NCBI GenBank assembly: GCA_965112735.1
Contig: OZ218957.1
Location: forward strand, 1 to 64,000
Source of the DNA: Phaeosaccion multiseriatum
Taxonomy: Eukaryota; Protista; Ochrophyta, other classes
Direction of reading: 5' to 3'
DNA length: 64,000 nt
Of this stretch, positions 1 through 12,711 are shown in pieces. A model generated the notes under the pieces. It made no database searches. It had not been told where the DNA came from and saw only the letters and a program-made list of their open reading frames with translations. The position numbers and the translations under genes are program-made. Each line of letters begins with the position of its first letter. Position 1 is the first letter of the stretch.

Positions 1-3000
1 AACCCTAACCCTAACCCTAACCCTAACCCTAACCCTAACCCTAACCCTAACCCTAACCCTAACCCTAACCCTAACCCTAACCCTAACCCTAACCCTAACC
101 CTAACCCTAACCCTAACCCTAACCCTAACCCTAACCCTAACCCTAACCCTAACCCTAACCCTAACCCTAACCCTAACCCTAACCCTAACCCTAACCCTAA
201 CCCTAACCCTAACCCTAACCCTAACCCTAACCCTAACCCTAACCCTAACCCTAACCCTAACCCTAACCCTAACCCTAACCCTAACCCTAACCCTAACCCT
301 AACCCTAACCCTAACCCTAACCCTAACCCTAACCCTAACCCTAACCCTAACCCTAACCCTAACCCTAACCCTAACCCTAACCCTAACCCTAACCCTAACC
401 CTAACCCTAACCCTAACCCTAACCCTAACCCTAACCCTAACCCTAACCCTAACCCTAACCCTAACCCTAACCCTAACCCTAACCCTAACCCTAACCCTAA
501 CCCTAACCCTAACCCTAACCCTAACCCTAACCCTAACCCTAACCCTAACCCTAACCCTAACCCTAACCCTAACCCTAACCCTAACCCTAACCCTAACCCT
601 AACCCTAACCCTAACCCTAACCCTAACCCTAACCCTAACCCTAACCCTAACCCTAACCCTAACCCTAACCCTAACCCTAACCCTAACCCTAACCCTAACC
701 CTAACCCTAACCCTAACCCTAACCCTAACCCTAACCCTAACCCTAACCCTAACCCTAACCCTAACCCTAACCCTAACCCTAACCCTAACCCTAACCCTAA
801 CCCTAACCCTAACCCTAACCCTAACCCTAACCCTAACCCTAACCCTAACCCTAACCCTAACCCTAACCCTAACCCTAACCCTAACCCTAACCCTAACCCT
901 AACCCTAACCCTAACCCTAACCCTAACCCTAACCCTAACCCTAACCCTAACCCTAACCCTAACCCTAACCCTAACCCTAACCCTAACCCTAACCCTAACC
1001 CTAACCCTAACCCTAACCCTAACCCTAACCCTAACCCTAACCCTAACCCTAACCCTAACCCTAACCCTAACCCTAACCCTAACCCTAACCCTAACCCTAA
1101 CCCTAACCCTAACCCTAACCCTAACCCTAACCCTAACCCTAACCCTAACCCTAACCCTAACCCTAACCCTAACCCTAACCCTAACCCTAACCCTAACCCT
1201 AACCCTAACCCTAACCCTAACCCTAACCCTAACCCTAACCCTAACCCTAACCCTAACCCTAACCCTAACCCTAACCCTAACCCTAACCCTAACCCTAACC
1301 CTAACCCTAACCCTAACCCTAACCCTAACCCTAACCCTAACCCTAACCCTAACCCTAACCCTAACCCTAACCCTAACCCTAACCCTAACCCTAACCCTAA
1401 CCCTAACCCTAACCCTAACCCTAACCCTAACCCTAACCCTAACCCTAACCCTAACCCTAACCCTAACCCTAACCCTAACCCTAACCCTAACCCTAACCCT
1501 AACCCTAACCCTAACCCTAACCCTAACCCTAACCCTAACCCTAACCCTAACCCTAACCCTAACCCTAACCCTAACCCTAACCCTAACCCTAACCCTAACC
1601 CTAACCCTAACCCTAACCCTAACCCTAACCCTAACCCTAACCCTAACCCTAACCCTAACCCTAACCCTAACCCTAACCCTAACCCTAACCCTAACCCTAA
1701 CCCTAACCCTAACCCTAACCCTAACCCTAACCCTAACCCTAACCCTAACCCTAACCCTAACCCTAACCCTAACCCTAACCCTAACCCTAACCCTAACCCT
1801 AACCCTAACCCTAACCCTAACCCTAACCCTAACCCTAACCCTAACCCTAACCCTAACCCTAACCCTAACCCTAACCCTAACCCTAACCCTAACCCTAACC
1901 CTAACCCTAACCCTAACCCTAACCCTAACCCTAACCCTAACCCTAACCCTAACCCTAACCCTAACCCTAACCCTAACCCTAACCCTAACCCTAACCCTAA
2001 CCCTAACCCTAACCCTAACCCTAACCCTAACCCTAACCCTAACCCTAACCCTAACCCTAACCCTAACCCTAACCCTAACCCTAACCCTAACCCTAACCCT
2101 AACCCTAACCCTAACCCTAACCCTAACCCTAACCCTAACCCTAACCCTAACCCTAACCCTAACCCTAACCCTAACCCTAACCCTAACCCTAACCCTAACC
2201 CTAACCCTAACCCTAACCCTAACCCTAACCCTAACCCTAACCCTAACCCTAACCCTAACCCTAACCCTAACCCTAACCCTAACCCTAACCCTAACCCTAA
2301 CCCTAACCCTAACCCTAACCCTAACCCTAACCCTAACCCTAACCCTAACCCTAACCCTAACCCTAACCCTAACCCTAACCCTAACCCTAACCCTAACCCT
2401 AACCCTAACCCTAACCCTAACCCTAACCCTAACCCTAACCCTAACCCTAACCCTAACCCTAACCCTAACCCTAACCCTAACCCTAACCCTAACCCTAACC
2501 CTAACCCTAACCCTAACCCTAACCCTAACCCTAACCCTAACCCTAACCCTAACCCTAACCCTAACCCTAACCCTAACCCTAACCCTAACCCTAACCCTAA
2601 CCCTAACCCTAACCCTAACCCTAACCCTAACCCTAACCCTAACCCTAACCCTAACCCTAACCCTAACCCTAACCCTAACCCTAACCCTAACCCTAACCCT
2701 AACCCTAACCCTAACCCTAACCCTAACCCTAACCCTAACCCTAACCCTAACCCTAACCCTAACCCTAACCCTAACCCTAACCCTAACCCTAACCCTAACC
2801 CTAACCCTAACCCTAACCCTAACCCTAACCCTAACCCTAACCCTAACCCTAACCCTAACCCTAACCCTAACCCTAACCCTAACCCTAACCCTAACCCTAA
2901 CCCTAACCCTAACCCTAACCCTAACCCTAACCCTAACCCTAACCCTAACCCTAACCCTAACCCTAACCCTAACCCTAACCCTAACCCTAACCCTAACCCT

Positions 3001-6000
3001 AACCCTAACCCTAACCCTAACCCTAACCCTAACCCTAACCCTAACCCTAACCCTAACCCTAACCCTAACCCTAACCCTAACCCTAACCCTAACCCTAACC
3101 CTAACCCTAACCCTAACCCTAACCCTAACCCTAACCCTAACCCTAACCCTAACCCTAACCCTAACCCTAACCCTAACCCTAACCCTAACCCTAACCCTAA
3201 CCCTAACCCTAACCCTAACCCTAACCCTAACCCTAACCCTAACCCTAACCCTAACCCTAACCCTAACCCTAACCCTAACCCTAACCCTAACCCTAACCCT
3301 AACCCTAACCCTAACCCTAACCCTAACCCTAACCCTAACCCTAACCCTAACCCTAACCCTAACCCTAACCCTAACCCTAACCCTAACCCTAACCCTAACC
3401 CTAACCCTAACCCTAACCCTAACCCTAACCCTAACCCTAACCCTAACCCTAACCCTAACCCTAACCCTAACCCTAACCCTAACCCTAACCCTAACCCTAA
3501 CCCTAACCCTAACCCTAACCCTAACCCTAACCCTAACCCTAACCCTAACCCTAACCCTAACCCTAACCCTAACCCTAACCCTAACCCTAACCCTAACCCT
3601 AACCCTAACCCTAACCCTAACCCTAACCCTAACCCTAACCCTAACCCTAACCCTAACCCTAACCCTAACCCTAACCCTAACCCTAACCCTAACCCTAACC
3701 CTAACCCTAACCCTAACCCTAACCCTAACCCTAACCCTAACCCTAACCCTAACCCTAACCCTAACCCTAACCCTAACCCTAACCCTAACCCTAACCCTAA
3801 CCCTAACCCTAACCCTAACCCTAACCCTAACCCTAACCCTAACCCTAACCCTAACCCTAACCCTAACCCTAACCCTAACCCTAACCCTAACCCTAACCCT
3901 AACCCTAACCCTAACCCTAACCCTAACCCTAACCCTAACCCTAACCCTAACCCTAACCCTAACCCTAACCCTAACCCTAACCCTAACCCTAACCCTAACC
4001 CTAACCCTAACCCTAACCCTAACCCTAACCCTAACCCTAACCCTAACCCTAACCCTAACCCTAACCCTAACCCTAACCCTAACCCTAACCCTAACCCTAA
4101 CCCTAACCCTAACCCTAACCCTAACCCTAACCCTAACCCTAACCCTAACCCTAACCCTAACCCTAACCCTAACCCTAACCCTAACCCTAACCCTAACCCT
4201 AACCCTAACCCTAACCCTAACCCTAACCCTAACCCTAACCCTAACCCTAACCCTAACCCTAACCCTAACCCTAACCCTAACCCTAACCCTAACCCTAACC
4301 CTAACCCTAACCCTAACCCTAACCCTAACCCTAACCCTAACCCTAACCCTAACCCTAACCCTAACCCTAACCCTAACCCTAACCCTAACCCTAACCCTAA
4401 CCCTAACCCTAACCCTAACCCTAACCCTAACCCTAACCCTAACCCTAACCCTAACCCTAACCCTAACCCTAACCCTAACCCTAACCCTAACCCTAACCCT
4501 AACCCTAACCCTAACCCTAACCCTAACCCTAACCCTAACCCTAACCCTAACCCTAACCCTAACCCTAACCCTAACCCTAACCCTAACCCTAACCCTAACC
4601 CTAACCCTAACCCTAACCCTAACCCTAACCCTAACCCTAACCCTAACCCTAACCCTAACCCTAACCCTAACCCTAACCCTAACCCTAACCCTAACCCTAA
4701 CCCTAACCCTAACCCTAACCCTAACCCTAACCCTAACCCTAACCCTAACCCTAACCCTAACCCTAACCCTAACCCTAACCCTAACCCTAACCCTAACCCT
4801 AACCCTAACCCTAACCCTAACCCTAACCCTAACCCTAACCCTAACCCTAACCCTAACCCTAACCCTAACCCTAACCCTAACCCTAACCCTAACCCTAACC
4901 CTAACCCTAACCCTAACCCTAACCCTAACCCTAACCCTAACCCTAACCCTAACCCTAACCCTAACCCTAACCCTAACCCTAACCCTAACCCTAACCCTAA
5001 CCCTAACCCTAACCCTAACCCTAACCCTAACCCTAACCCTAACCCTAACCCTAACCCTAACCCTAACCCTAACCCTAACCCTAACCCTAACCCTAACCCT
5101 AACCCTAACCCTAACCCTAACCCTAACCCTAACCCTAACCCTAACCCTAACCCTAACCCTAACCCTAACCCTAACCCTAACCCTAACCCTAACCCTAACC
5201 CTAACCCTAACCCTAACCCTAACCCTAACCCTAACCCTAACCCTAACCCTAACCCTAACCCTAACCCTAACCCTAACCCTAACCCTAACCCTAACCCTAA
5301 CCCTAACCCTAACCCTAACCCTAACCCTAACCCTAACCCTAACCCTAACCCTAACCCTAACCCTAACCCTAACCCTAACCCTAACCCTAACCCTAACCCT
5401 AACCCTAACCCTAACCCTAACCCTAACCCTAACCCTAACCCTAACCCTAACCCTAACCCTAACCCTAACCCTAACCCTAACCCTAACCCTAACCCTAACC
5501 CTAACCCTAACCCTAACCCTAACCCTAACCCTAACCCTAACCCTAACCCTAACCCTAACCCTAACCCTAACCCTAACCCTAACCCTAACCCTAACCCTAA
5601 CCCTAACCCTAACCCTAACCCTAACCCTAACCCTAACCCTAACCCTAACCCTAACCCTAACCCTAACCCTAACCCTAACCCTAACCCTAACCCTAACCCT
5701 AACCCTAACCCTAACCCTAACCCTAACCCTAACCCTAACCCTAACCCTAACCCTAACCCTAACCCTAACCCTAACCCTAACCCTAACCCTAACCCTAACC
5801 CTAACCCTAACCCTAACCCTAACCCTAACCCTAACCCTAACCCTAACCCTAACCCTAACCCTAACCCTAACCCTAACCCTAACCCTAACCCTAACCCTAA
5901 CCCTAACCCTAACCCTAACCCTAACCCTAACCCTAACCCTAACCCTAACCCTAACCCTAACCCTAACCCTAACCCTAACCCTAACCCTAACCCTAACCCT

Positions 6001-7824
6001 AACCCTAACCCTAACCCTAACCCTAACCCTAACCCTAACCCTAACCCTAACCCTAACCCTAACCCTAACCCTAACCCTAACCCTAACCCTAACCCTAACC
6101 CTAACCCTAACCCTAACCCTAACCCTAACCCTAACCCTAACCCTAACCCTAACCCTAACCCTAACCCTAACCCTAACCCTAACCCTAACCCTAACCCTAA
6201 CCCTAACCCTAACCCTAACCCTAACCCTAACCCTAACCCTAACCCTAACCCTAACCCTAACCCTAACCCTAACCCTAACCCTAACCCTAACCCTAACCCT
6301 AACCCTAACCCTAACCCTAACCCTAACCCTAACCCTAACCCTAACCCTAACCCTAACCCTAACCCTAACCCTAACCCTAACCCTAACCCTAACCCTAACC
6401 CTAACCCTAACCCTAACCCTAACCCTAACCCTAACCCTAACCCTAACCCTAACCCTAACCCTAACCCTAACCCTAACCCTAACCCTAACCCTAACCCTAA
6501 CCCTAACCCTAACCCTAACCCTAACCCTAACCCTAACCCTAACCCTAACCCTAACCCTAACCCTAACCCTAACCCTAACCCTAACCCTAACCCTAACCCT
6601 AACCCTAACCCTAACCCTAACCCTAACCCTAACCCTAACCCTAACCCTAACCCTAACCCTAACCCTAACCCTAACCCTAACCCTAACCCTAACCCTAACC
6701 CTAACCCTAACCCTAACCCTAACCCTAACCCTAACCCTAACCCTAACCCTAACCCTAACCCTAACCCTAACCCTAACCCTAACCCTAACCCTAACCCTAA
6801 CCCTAACCCTAACCCTAACCCTAACCCTAACCCTAACCCTAACCCTAACCCTAACCCTAACCCTAACCCTAACCCTAACCCTAACCCTAACCCTAACCCT
6901 AACCCTAACCCTAACCCTAACCCTAACCCTAACCCTAACCCTAACCCTAACCCTAACCCTAACCCTAACCCTAACCCTAACCCTAACCCTAACCCTAACC
7001 CTAACCCTAACCCTAACCCTAACCCTAACCCTAACCCTAACCCTAACCCTAACCCTAACCCTAACCCTAACCCTAACCCTAACCCTAACCCTAACCCTAA
7101 CCCTAACCCTAACCCTAACCCTAACCCTAACCCTAACCCTAACCCTAACCCTAACCCTAACCCTAACCCTAACCCTAACCCTAACCCTAACCCTAACCCT
7201 AACCCTAACCCTAACCCTAACCCTAACCCTAACCCTAACCCTAACCCTAACCCTAACCCTAACCCTAACCCTAACCCTAACCCTAACCCTAACCCTAACC
7301 CTAACCCTAACCCTAACCCTAACCCTAACCCTAACCCTAACCCTAACCCTAACCCTAACCCTAACCCTAACCCTAACCCTAACCCTAACCCTAACCCTAA
7401 CCCTAACCCTAACCCTAACCCTAACCCTAACCCTAACCCTAACCCTAACCCTAACCCTAACCCTAACCCTAACCCTAACCCTAACCCCTAACCCTAACCC
7501 TAACCCTAACCCTAACCCTAACCCTAACCCTAACCCTAACCCTAACCCTAACCCTAACCCTAACCCTAACCCTAACCCTAACCCTAACCCTAACCCTAAC
7601 CCTAACCCTAACCCTAACCCTAACCCTAACCCTAACCCTAACCCTAACCCTAACCCTAACCCTAACCCTACCCTAACCCTAACCCTAACCCTAACCCTAA
7701 CCCTAACCCTAACCCTAACCCTAACCCTAACCCTAACCCTAACCCTAACCCTAACCCAAACCCTAACCCTAACCCTAACCCTAACCCTAACCCTAACCCT
7801 AACCCTAACCCTAACCCTAACCCT
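1..7824. repeat. Telomere, (CCCTAA)n / (TTAGGG)n, ~1300 units
   Basis: Near-perfect CCCTAA array from base 1, C-rich strand on + as expected for a left chromosome end. Variant units occur only proximally: CCCCTAA ~7487, CCCTA ~7670, CCCAAA ~7757. Confidence 0.99.
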
Positions 7825-10800
7825 CGTTCGAGGCCTCTAGACCCGAGAGCCAGTCGAGATCCACTTCGTCCGAGGCCTCTAGACCCGGGATCCAGTTGAG
7901 ATCCACTTCGTTCGAGGCCTCTAGACCCGAGAGCCAGTCGAGATCCACTTCGTTCGAGGCCTCTAGTCCCCACAGCCAGTTGAGATCCACTTCGTTCGAG
8001 GCCTCTAGACCCGGGATCCAATCGAGATCCACTTCGTTCGAGGCCTCTAGACCCGAGAGCCAGTTGAGATCCACTTCGTTCGAGGCCTCTAGACCCGGGA
8101 TCCAGTTGAGATCCACTTCGTTCGAGGCCTCTAGACCCGGGATCCAGTTGAGATCCACTTCGTTCGGGGCCTCTAGACCCGGGATCCAGTTGAGATCCAC
8201 TTCGTTCGAGGCCTCTAGACCCGGGATGCAGTTGAGATCCACTTCGTTCGAGGCCTCTAGACCCGGGATCCAGTTGAGATCCACTTCGTTCGAGGCCTCT
8301 AGACCCGGGATCCAGTTGAGATCCACTTCGTTCGAGGCCTCTAGACCCGGGATGCAGTTGAGATCCACTTCGTTCGAGGCCTCTAGACCCGGGATGCAGT
8401 TGAGATCCACTTCGTTCGAGGCCTCTAGACCCGGGATCCAGTTCAGATCCACTTCGTTCGAGGCCTCTAGACCCGAGAGCCAGTTGAGATCCACTTCGTT
8501 CGAGGCCTCTAGACCCGAGAGCCAGTCGAGATCCACTTCGTTCGAGGCCTCTAGACCCGAGAGCCAGTTGAGATCCACTTCGTTCGAGGCCTCTAGACCC
8601 GAGAGCCAGTCGAGATCCACTTCGTTCGAGGCCTCTAGACCCGGGATCCAGTTGAGATCCACTTCGTTCGAGGCCTCTAGACCCGGGATCCAGTTGAGAT
8701 CCACTTCGTTCGAGGCCTCTAGACCCGGGATCCAGTTCAGATCCACTTCGTTCGAGGCCTCTAGACCCGAGAGCCAGTTGAGATCCACTTCGTTCGAGGC
8801 CTCTAGACCCGAGAGCCAGTCGAGATCCACTTCGTTCGAGGCCTCTAGACCCGAGAGCCAGTTGAGATCCACTTCGTTCGAGGCCTCTAGACCCGAGAGC
8901 CAGTCGAGATCCACTTCGTTCGAGGCCTCTAGACCCGAGAGCCAGTTGAGATCCACTTCGTTCGAGGCCTCTAGACCCGGGATCCAGTTGAGATCCACTT
9001 CGTTCGAGGCCTCTAGACCCGGGATCCAGTTGAGATCCACTTCGTTCGAGGCCTCTAGACCCGAGAGCCAGTCGAGATCCACTTCGTTCGAGGCCTCTAG
9101 ACCCGAGATCCAGTTGAGATCCACTTCGTTCGAGGCCTCTAGACCCGAGAGCCAGTTGAGATCCACTTCGTTCGAGGCCTCTAGACCCGAGAGCCAGTTG
9201 AGATCCACTTCGTTCGAGGCCTCTAGAACCGGGATCCAGTTGAGATCCACTTCGTTCGAGGCCTCTAGACCCGAGAGCCAGTTGAGATCCACTTCGTTCG
9301 AGGCCTCTAGACCCGAGAGCCAGTTGAGATCCACTTCGTTCGAGGCCTCTAGACCCGGGATCCAGTTGAGATCCACTTCGTTCGAGGCCTCTAGACCCGG
9401 GATCCAGTTGAGATCCACTTCGTTCGAGGCCTCTAGACCCGGGATCCAGTTGAGATCCACTTCGTTCGAGGCCTCTAGACCCGGGATCCAGTTGAGATCC
9501 ACTTCGTTCGAGGCCTCTAGACCCGGGATCCAGTTGAGATCCACTTCGTTCGAGGCCTCTTGACCCGGGATCCAGTTGAGATTCACTTCGTTCGAGGCCT
9601 CTAGACCCGAGAGCCAGTCGAGATCCACTTCGTTCGAGGCCTCTAGACCCGGGATCCAGTTGAGATCCACTTCGTTCGAGGCCTCTAGACCCGGGATCCA
9701 GTTGAGATCCACTTCGTTCGAGGCCTCTAGACCCGGGATCCAGTTGAGATCCACTTCGTCCGAGGCCTCTAGACCCGGGATCCAGTTGAGATCCACTTCG
9801 TTCGAGGCCTCTAGACCCGAGAGCCAGTCGAGATCCACTTCGTCCGAGGCCTCTAGACCCGGGATCCAGTTGAGATCCACTTCGTTCGAGGCCTCTAGAC
9901 CCGAGAGCCAGTCGAGATCCACTTCGTTCGAGGCCTCTAGACCTGAGAGCCAGTTGAGATCCACTTCGTTCGAGGCCTCTAGACCCGAGCGCCGGTCGAG
10001 ATCCACTTCGTTCGAGGCCTCTAGACCCGAGAGCCAGTTGAGATCCACTTCGTTCGAGGCCTCTAGACCCGGGATCCAGTTGAGATCCACTTCGTTCGAG
10101 GCCTCTAGACCCGAGAGCCAGTCGAGATCCACTTCGTTCGAGGCCTGTAGACCCGAGAGCCAGTTGAGATCCACTTCGTTCGAGGCCTCTAGACCCGGGA
10201 TCCAGTTGAGATCCACTTCGTTCGAGGCCTCTAGACCCGGGATCCAGTTGAGATCCACTTCGTTCGAGGCCTCTAGACCCGAGAGCCAGTCGAGATCCAC
10301 TTCGTTCGAGGCCTCCAGACCCGAGAGCCAGTTGAGATCCACTTCGTTCGAGGCCTCTAGACCCGAGAGCCAGTCGAGATCCACTTCGTTCGAGGCCTCT
10401 AGACCCGAGAGCCAGTTGAGATCCACTTCGTTCGAGGCCTCTAGACCCGAGAGCCAGTCGAGATCCACTTCGTTCGAGGCCTCTAGACCCGAGAGCCAGT
10501 TGAGATCCACTTCGTTCGAGGCCTCTAGACCCGGGATCCAGTTGAGATCCACTTCGTTCGAGGCCTCTAGACCCGGGATCCAGTTGAGATCCACTTCGTT
10601 CGAGGCCTCTAGACCCGGGATCCAGTCGAGATCCACTTCGTTCGAGGCCTCTAGACCCGAGAGCCAGTTGAGATCCACTTCGTTCGAGGCCTCTAGACCC
10701 GGGATCCAGTTGAGATCCACTTCGTTCGAGGCCTCTAGACCCGGGATCCAGTTGAGATCCACTTCGTTCGAGGCCTCTAGACCCGGGATCCAGTTGAGAT

Positions 10801-11519
10801 CCACTTCGTTCGAGGCCTCTAGACCCGGGAGCCAGTAGAGATCCACTTCGTCCGAGGCCTCTAGACCCGAGAGCCAGTTGAGATCCACTTCGTCCGATGC
10901 CTCTAGACCCGGGATCCAGTCGAGTTCCACTTCGTCCGAGGCCTCTAGACCCGAGAGCCAGTTGAGATCCACTTCGTTCGAGGCCTCTAGACCCGGGTTC
11001 CAGTCGAGCTCCACTTCGTTCGAGGCCTCTAGACCCGAGAGCCAGTTGAGATCCACTTCGTCCGCGGCCTCTAGACCCGGGACCCAGTCGAGATCCACTT
11101 CGTCCGAGGCCTCTAGACCCGGGATCCAGTTGAGATCCACTTCGTCCCAGGCCTCTAGACCCGAGAGCCAGTTGAGATTCACTTCCCCCGAGGCCTCTAG
11201 ACCCGAGAGCCAGTTGAGATCCACTTCGTCCGAGGCCTCTAGACCCGGGATCCAGTCGAGATCCACTTCGTCCGAGGCCTCTAGACCCAAGAGCCAGTTG
11301 AGATCCACTTCGTTCGAGGCCTCTAGACCCGGGATCCAGTTGAGATCCACTTCGTCTGAGGCCTCTAGACCCGGGATCCAGTCGAGATCCACTTCGTCCG
11401 AGGCCTCTAGACCTGGGATCCAGTCGAGATCCACTTCGTCCGAGGCCTCTAGACCCGAGAGCCTGTCGAGATCCACTTCGTCTGAGCCCTCTAGACCCGG
11501 GATTCAGTCGAGATCCACT
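7824..11519. repeat. Subtelomeric 42-bp satellite, ~88 tandem copies
   Basis: Consensus GAGATCCACTTCGTTCGAGGCCTCTAGACCCG(GGAT/AGAG)CCAGT(T/C). The 14-aa periodicity in the ORF track confirms the 42-bp unit. Proximal copies (10830-11519) are more diverged. Confidence 0.97.
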
Positions 11520-11545
11520 AACCTTACCGGCCCATGGAAGGGATT

Positions 11546-12087
11546 GTTCAACCCTTCCGTGTCGAAATCAGGCCCAGATTGCCCACCGGGGCCCACAGAT
11601 GGGCCTGTTCAACCCCACAGAACAGAGTGTACAACCACACCGAGCACATCAGAGACGCATCACAGTCTCATGACGACCATGGCGGGACCATTTCAACCCC
11701 ACCGGCCCAGAGAAAGCACAGTTCAACCCTCCCGTGCCGAAATCGGGCGCCAGATGACCCACCTGGGCTCACAGATGGGCCATTTCAACCCCACAGAACA
11801 GAGTGTACAACCACACCGACAACCCCAGAGACGCATCCCAGACTCATGACGACCATGGTGGGACCATTTCAACCCCGCTGGCCCACAGAAAGCACAGTTC
11901 AACCCTCCCGGGTCGAAATCGGGCGCCAGATGGCCCACCGGGGCCCACAGATGGGCCATTTCAACCCCACAGAACAGTGTGTACAACCACACCGGGAACA
12001 CCACAGACGCATCACAGACTCATTCCGACCACGGTGGGACCATTTCAACTCCACTGGCCCAGACAAAGCGCAGTTCAACCCTCCTGT
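11546..12087. repeat. ~176-bp tandem repeat, 3 full copies plus the start of a 4th
   Basis: GTTCAACCC unit starts at 11546, 11721, 11897 and 12073. Shared blocks include CACAGATGGGCC, CCCCACAGAACAG, GTGTACAACCACACCG and GGGACCATTTCAAC. Confidence 0.92.
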
Positions 12088-12711
12088 TCGGCCCCGTGCA
12101 CGCCTAGCGGCCTAGGCTCTAGGCCGCTAGGCCGCTCTAGGCCGCTCACTTTTCAGCCCTAGGCGGCCTATAGCCCGCCTCTAGGCAGCCTCCCAGTGAC
12201 CGTGGGCGCGTGCGTGGTGCCGCCCAGCCAGTGGGTAGCAGCACACCTGTAGGCCTGCACTCCTCGTAGGGCCAGCGAGGCGGAAAGAGACAACACGAAC
12301 CAAGTCTACTCCTCACTTATCGCATACATTTGCTTAAAACTGACGACACTTGGGCGGGTTCCGGGCCAGCCCAGGGGCATATGATCGACCCCTGACACAC
12401 TATCCGCTATCCGCTATCGCCGGCGCCAGCCGGCGCGCTATCCGCTATCGGCCGGCGCCAGCCGGCACGCTATCCGCTATCGGCCCCCGGGGGCGCCGAT
12501 AGCGCGCTATCGAGAATGTGGGCGATAGTGTGTCAGGGGTCGAATATGAGCATATTCCCGCCCTGGACCTGCGCCTAGTTGGCGTCTGCCCTAGGCCGCG
12601 GGCCTCCGGCCCCCGCCTAGCGGCCTATAAATAGGCCGAGGGCCTACGGCCCTCGCTAGGCCGGGCAATTTTCCAAAATAAGCCTAGGCCGCTAGGCGTG
12701 CACGGGGCCGA
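12088..12711. mobile_element. MITE A (624 bp), 31-bp perfect TIR, 6-bp TSD TCCTGT
   Basis: TCGGCCCCGTGCACGCCTAGCGGCCTAGGCT at 12088 with its exact reverse complement at 12681-12711. TCCTGT at 12082-12087 and 12712-12717. Many subterminal CCTAG/CTAGG motifs; no ORF. Confidence 0.92.
12385..12543. mobile_element. MITE B (159 bp) nested in MITE A, 20-bp TIR, 6-bp TSD ATATGA
   Basis: TCGACCCCTGACACACTATC ... GATAGTGTGTCAGGGGTCGA, with ATATGA at 12379-12384 and 12544-12549. Internal GCTATC repeats and a GC hairpin. Confidence 0.93.

Noticed and set aside
7824-11519. CRISPR array interpretation of the 42-bp repeat
   Set aside because: Head-to-tail units with no unique spacers, eukaryotic subtelomeric context, no cas genes.
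11518-11529. CTAACCTTACC as a relic telomere at the proximal satellite edge
   Set aside because: Too short to distinguish from chance.
7668-11849. Plus-strand RSTSFEASRPGIQL ORFs and the (LG)n ORF as genes
   Set aside because: Translation artefacts of the 3n satellite and telomere, with non-ATG starts and internal stops.
12377-12555. GCATAT-GA-GCATAT at the reconstructed empty site of MITE B as an older excision footprint
   Set aside because: A single short instance overlapping the real TSD; cannot be supported.
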